A stretch of DNA of 32,000 nucleotides from Candidatus Omnitrophota bacterium (lineage in GTDB: Bacteria > Omnitrophota > Gorgyraeia > Duberdicusellales > 4484-171): positions 30,001 to 62,000 of the forward strand of contig JAIPHU010000001.1 of NCBI GenBank assembly GCA_021735045.1. Reading direction: 5' to 3'. A program made the translations under genes and the position numbers. Below are positions 28,102 through 32,000 of the stretch, one piece after another. A model generated the notes under the pieces. That model made no database searches and was not told the DNA's origin. It saw nothing but the letters and a program-made list of their open reading frames with translations. Each line of letters opens with the position of its first letter. Within the stretch, counting starts at the first letter, position 1.

Positions 28102-29259
28102 ATGTCAATAAATCCTCAGGTTTTATCTTTAACAAAATCAGCTACCTTAAAGATTACTGCTTTAACTAAACAGATAAAAAAACAAGGCAAGGATGTTGTT
28201 AATTTTGCAGCTGGAGAGCCTGATTTTGATACTCCAGATTTTATAAAAACTGCTGCCAAAGAGGCCATTGATCAAGGCTTTACTAAATACACACCTTCTT
28301 CAGGTGATAATCGATTAAAAGAAGCAATTGCTAACAAATTAAAAGTTAACAATGGTATTTGTCTAGATAAAGAAAATGTTATCGTTACTTCTGGAGCAAA
28401 ATATGCTCTTTTTATCGCCTTGTTATCTTTGCTATCAGTCGATGATCAGGTTCTTATACCGTCACCTTACTGGGTGAGTTATCCTGAGATGGCTAAGCTT
28501 ACTTTGGGTAAAGCTAAGTTTATCGACTTAGCAGAAGAAAATAATTTTAAATTAACACCTGAGCTTTTAAATAATTCAATAACTAAAAAAACAAAAGTTC
28601 TTATTTTTAACTATCCTAGCAATCCTACCGGTGTAACTTACAGTAAAAAAGAGCTCATAGATATTTCAAAAGTCATAAAAGATGCTAATATTTATGTAGT
28701 AAGTGATGAGATCTATGAAACTTTAGTGTATGATAAAAAGTCTCATATTAGCTTTGCTAGTCTAGACTCTATGCAGGATAAAACCTTGACCGTAGGAGGT
28801 TTTTCAAAAAGTTTTGCCATGACTGGATGGCGGGTTGGTTATTTAGCAGCAAATAAAGATTTAGTGAAAGAAATTTCAAAGATTGTTGGCCATACTACTT
28901 CATGTCCCTGTTCTATATCCCAGGCGGCTGCTTTAGCAGCATTAGGTGATAATAAATGGCAGAGTCAGGTCGGTTTAAAGTTTGAAGCCAGAAGAGATTT
29001 ACTTTATCAAGGATTAAGCAATACTCCTAAGGTAAAGCCGTTTAAATCGGAAGGAACTTTTTATATGTTTTGTGATATTAGGGAAACAGGCCTAAGTTCT
29101 TTTGAATTTTGCTCACGGTTGTTGGAAGAAGAACTTGTATCTTGTATACCGGCAAGTTCTTTCGGCAAAGAAGGTTTTATTAGAATTAGTTTTTCTACTA
29201 GTTTAAAACAGATAAAAAAAGGAATAGATAGAATTAATAATTTTATCAAGAAACTTTAA
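28102..29259 (+). CDS. PLP-dependent class I aminotransferase (aspartate/aromatic aminotransferase-like)
   Basis: 385 aa with NYPSNPTG and GFSKSFAMTGWRVGY (PLP-lysine motif). Starts 6 nt after the rplQ stop. Confidence 0.88.
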   Translation: MSINPQVLSLTKSATLKITALTKQIKKQGKDVVNFAAGEPDFDTPDFIKTAAKEAIDQGFTKYTPSSGDNRLKEAIANKLKVNNGICLDKENVIVTSGAKYALFIALLSLLSVDDQVLIPSPYWVSYPEMAKLTLGKAKFIDLAEENNFKLTPELLNNSITKKTKVLIFNYPSNPTGVTYSKKELIDISKVIKDANIYVVSDEIYETLVYDKKSHISFASLDSMQDKTLTVGGFSKSFAMTGWRVGYLAANKDLVKEISKIVGHTTSCPCSISQAAALAALGDNKWQSQVGLKFEARRDLLYQGLSNTPKVKPFKSEGTFYMFCDIRETGLSSFEFCSRLLEEELVSCIPASSFGKEGFIRISFSTSLKQIKKGIDRINNFIKKL

Positions 29260-29260
29260 A

Positions 29261-29337
29261 CACGGAACACGAAATCCGAAATACGAAACAATTTTTAAAT
29301 TATTAAGATTTCAGATTTGCTTCGAGCATTCGAATTT
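29261..29337 (+). repeat. Four tandem NNCGRAA heptamers, an AT spacer and a loosely inverted TTCG-containing arm
   Basis: cacggaa|cacgaaa|tccgaaa|tacgaaa (29261-88), a 20-nt AT-rich spacer, then gatttcagatttgcttcgagcattcgaattt. gaaatc (29271-76) is complementary to gatttc (29308-13). Confidence 0.65.
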
Positions 29338-29346
29338 ATTTTAGAT

Positions 29347-30600
29347 ATGTCACAAACTGTTGTAGAAAAAATATTCTCAAATCATGCCAAAAAAACCCTT
29401 AAAGCTGGTGATGTAGGAGTTTGTCAGGTAGATTTTTGTTTTTCGCAAGATGGAACTTCAGCTTTAGTCTTAGATAGTCTCGCCAAATCAAAAAAAAGTA
29501 TTCTTAATCCTAAAAAATATGCGATGTTCATTGATCATAGCAGCCCATCTCCTAATTTAGGTGTGTCTAGAGTTCATTCGCGCATGCGCAAGTTTAAAAA
29601 AAAGAATAAGAACCTTCTTTTTGATGTTGGTTGCGGTATCTCACATCAACTAATCATTGAAGAAGGTTTTGCTGTTCCAGGCAATCTTATTTTAGGTGCA
29701 GATTCTCATAGTTCAACTGCGGGGGCTTTAGGAACTTTAGCAATGGGGGTTGGTTCTACTGATTTAGCAGTTACACTTTCTACCGGTAAAAATTGGTTTA
29801 AAGTTCCCCAAACCTATAAGATAATTGTTAAAGGAAAGATTCCTTTTGGGGTTTATAGTAAAGATATTATTCTTTATATAATAAGCAAATTAGGTTCAAA
29901 TGGAGCTACTTATAAGTCAATTGAATTTTCCGGAGAGGTGATTGATAAACTTTCAATGGATGCGCGTTTTACTATAACTAACATGACTATTGAATTTGGG
30001 GCTAAAGATGGATTAATGCCTGTAGATAAAAAAGCTAAAAAATTTTTGGAAAAAATAGGAGTTAAAAACTATAAAAATATTTCAGCTGATAAAGACTGTA
30101 ACTATGAAAAGGAGATTGAGTTTGATATTACAAAGATTTCTCCTTATGTAGCATCTCCTCATGAGGTAGATAATGGAGTGCCGATTGAAGAAATTAAAGG
30201 AAAAAAAATCGATCAGGCTTTTTTGGGAACATGTACTAATGGGCGTCTGGAAGATTTAAAAATAGCTGCAGAGATTTTAGCAAAAAATAAAATTCATCCT
30301 CAGGTTAAATTTTTAGTCGCACCGGCTTCCCGAGCCATATTCCAAAAAGCGCTGGATAAAGGATATATAAAGAAATTTGTTGAATCCGGCGGAATCATTC
30401 TGCCTACCGGGTGTGGTCCTTGTGTGGGAACTCATCAAGGGGTTTTAGCAGATGGGGAAGTAGCAATCTCTACAGCAAATAGAAATTTTAAAGGAAGAAT
30501 GGGTAATCCGAAAGCTTTCATTTATTTAGCTTCTCCGGCAACAGTAGCAGCATCTGCGATTAAAGGAGAGATCGCTGACCCGCGAGAAGTCCTAAAATAG
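29347..30600 (+). CDS. leuC: Aconitase-family dehydratase large subunit, short type (3-isopropylmalate or homoaconitate dehydratase)
   Basis: 417 aa from ATG 29347 (MSQTVVEKIF...). Contains the ADSHS motif and Fe-S cysteines in GTCTNGR and GCGPCVG. Substrate specificity cannot be resolved from the sequence. The track start at TTG 29317 is rejected. Confidence 0.88.
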   Translation: MSQTVVEKIFSNHAKKTLKAGDVGVCQVDFCFSQDGTSALVLDSLAKSKKSILNPKKYAMFIDHSSPSPNLGVSRVHSRMRKFKKKNKNLLFDVGCGISHQLIIEEGFAVPGNLILGADSHSSTAGALGTLAMGVGSTDLAVTLSTGKNWFKVPQTYKIIVKGKIPFGVYSKDIILYIISKLGSNGATYKSIEFSGEVIDKLSMDARFTITNMTIEFGAKDGLMPVDKKAKKFLEKIGVKNYKNISADKDCNYEKEIEFDITKISPYVASPHEVDNGVPIEEIKGKKIDQAFLGTCTNGRLEDLKIAAEILAKNKIHPQVKFLVAPASRAIFQKALDKGYIKKFVESGGIILPTGCGPCVGTHQGVLADGEVAISTANRNFKGRMGNPKAFIYLASPATVAASAIKGEIADPREVLK

Positions 30601-30611
30601 GGAGGTTTTTT

Positions 30612-31658
30612 ATGCGAATAAATGATATTTTAGAATTAGCTGAAACAAAGGGTGCCAGTGATATTCATTTTACAGTAGGACTTCCTCCGATTTTGCGAAT
30701 AGATGGAGAGTTGATTATCACCGATCTGGAAACTTTAACTAAAGAGAGTTCTAAGTCATTAGTCTATAGTATGATTAACGATGAAAGAAAGGCTGCTTTT
30801 GAAAAAAATCGAGAATTAGATTTTTCATTTACTTTACCGGATATGGACCGTTATAGGATAAACGTTCATTACCAACGAGGTAATGTCGAGGCAGCCTTAA
30901 GAAGGGTCCCTAAAAAAATTCCTTCAATTGAATCATTAGGGCTGCCGGATATTGTTTTTGATTTAATAAAAAAACCAAATGGGCTAATTCTGGTTACCGG
31001 GCCAACTGGAACGGGAAAAAGTACAAGTTTAGCTGCTATGGTTGATTTTATTAACAAAAACAGAAAGGAACTTATTATCTCTATCGAAGATCCTATAGAG
31101 TTTGTCTATAAAAATCAAAAAAGTATTATTAAGCAGAGGGAGGTTTTTGCTGATACACACTCTTTTCCTGAAGCTTTAAAAAGAGGTCTTAGGCAGGATC
31201 CAGACGTTATGGTTGTAGGAGAAATGCGAGATCTTGAAACAATTACAACTGCCTTGACTGCGGCTGAGACTGGCCACCTTGTACTTGCTACTTTGCATAC
31301 ACCAGATGCTCCCCAAACGATACAAAGAATTATAGATGTTTTTCCCCCTCACCAACAAAGGCAAATAACAGTTCAACTTGCTGAAAGCCTACAGGCGGTT
31401 ATTTCACAAGTTTTATTACACCGGGCTGAAAAAAAGGGAAGAATATTAGCTACAGAAGTAATGGTTTCAACTCCAGGAATAAGAAACCTAATCAGGGAAA
31501 ATGATATCGCCCAAATTCCTTCTCTGATTCAGATGGGTGGACAACACGGAATGTATACTATGGATAAGTGCCTAAAAACTTTTTATAAGAAAGGATTGAT
31601 TACAAAAAAGGCAGCTTTAAGAAAAGTAAAAAATATAGCGGAGTTTAATAGCTTATAA
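30612..31658 (+). CDS. pilT: Type IV pilus retraction ATPase, PilT family
   Basis: 348 aa. Walker A GPTGTGKST, Walker B DPDVMVVGEMRD, TGHLVLATLHT, and the PilT-type GIRNLIRE motif. RBS GGGAGG. Confidence 0.92.
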   Translation: MRINDILELAETKGASDIHFTVGLPPILRIDGELIITDLETLTKESSKSLVYSMINDERKAAFEKNRELDFSFTLPDMDRYRINVHYQRGNVEAALRRVPKKIPSIESLGLPDIVFDLIKKPNGLILVTGPTGTGKSTSLAAMVDFINKNRKELIISIEDPIEFVYKNQKSIIKQREVFADTHSFPEALKRGLRQDPDVMVVGEMRDLETITTALTAAETGHLVLATLHTPDAPQTIQRIIDVFPPHQQRQITVQLAESLQAVISQVLLHRAEKKGRILATEVMVSTPGIRNLIRENDIAQIPSLIQMGGQHGMYTMDKCLKTFYKKGLITKKAALRKVKNIAEFNSL

Positions 31659-31660
31659 AA

Positions 31661-32000
31661 ATGATTTTAAAAGGTAAACTATTTAAATTTGGTGATAATA
31701 TCAATACCGATTGGATAATTTCTGGTCGGTATAAATTTTCTATTACTGATATGAAAGAACTTTCCCGTTATTTATTTGAAGATATACGCCCCAATTTTTA
31801 TCAAGAACTTGTTGCTAATAAATCTATAATTGCCGCCGGTAATAATTTTGGAATGGGATCTTCTCGTGAGCAAGCACCCTGGGTTATAAAAGAAGCCGGA
31901 GTATTAGTTGTAGTAGCTAAAAGTTTTGCTCGGATTTTTTATCGCAATGCATTTAATATTGGACTCGCCTTGATAGAAGCAGATACTGATTTACTAAAGG
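31661..32000 (+). CDS. leuD: Aconitase-family dehydratase small subunit, N-terminal part (runs off the window, absent from the ORF track)
   Basis: ATG 31661 is open to the window end: MILKGKLFKFGDNINTDWIISGRY...GNNFGMGSSREQAPWVIKEAGV...KSFARIFYRNAFNIGL, typical of the LeuD/HacB small subunit. Confidence 0.88.
   Translation, partial: MILKGKLFKFGDNINTDWIISGRYKFSITDMKELSRYLFEDIRPNFYQELVANKSIIAAGNNFGMGSSREQAPWVIKEAGVLVVVAKSFARIFYRNAFNIGLALIEADTDLLK

Noticed and set aside
10115-29288. CRISPR-like interpretation of the short tandem repeats
   Set aside because: The repeat units are 7-10 nt and contiguous, with no spacers, and the arrays are under 50 nt. This is not CRISPR architecture.

Overview
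This AT-rich bacterial window is almost entirely one plus-strand run of translation and transcription genes. The order is rplA (partial)-rplJ-rplL-rpoB-rpoC-rpsL-rpsG-fusA-tuf-rpsJ-rplC-rplD-rplW-rplB-rpsS-rplV-rpsC-rplP-rpmC-rpsQ-rplN-rplX-rplE-rpsN-rpsH-rplF-rplR-rpsE-rplO-secY-adk-rpmJ-rpsM-rpsK-rpsD-rpoA-rplQ. An aminotransferase follows, then an aconitase-family dehydratase large subunit, a PilT-type ATPase and the dehydratase small subunit (partial). Two genes are missing from the ORF track: rpmJ (24879..24992, too short) and the leuD-like gene (31661..32000, no stop in the window). Six track ORFs carry spurious N-terminal extensions, and all minus-strand ORFs look like antisense artefacts. 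I see no mobile element, CRISPR array, tRNA or rRNA gene, defence island, or any novel protein-coding system; this is core housekeeping DNA.

Five things deserve a second look:
1. The few sizeable intergenic spacers are built from short tandem words of 7-10 nt, often as inverted arms around an AT-rich centre. One ~100-nt element is duplicated upstream of rpsG and tuf. A CACAGAT word is shared by two other spacers.
2. Two GC-rich structured segments sit in unusual places, rpsJ-rplC and adk-rpmJ.
3. L10, L3 and L17 carry long Lys/Glu-rich low-complexity expansions.
4. rpmD, map and infA are absent from their usual positions, and the classical operons are fused by overlapping genes.
5. A pilT gene is wedged tightly between the leuC-like and leuD-like subunit genes.

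The organism cannot be identified from sequence alone.
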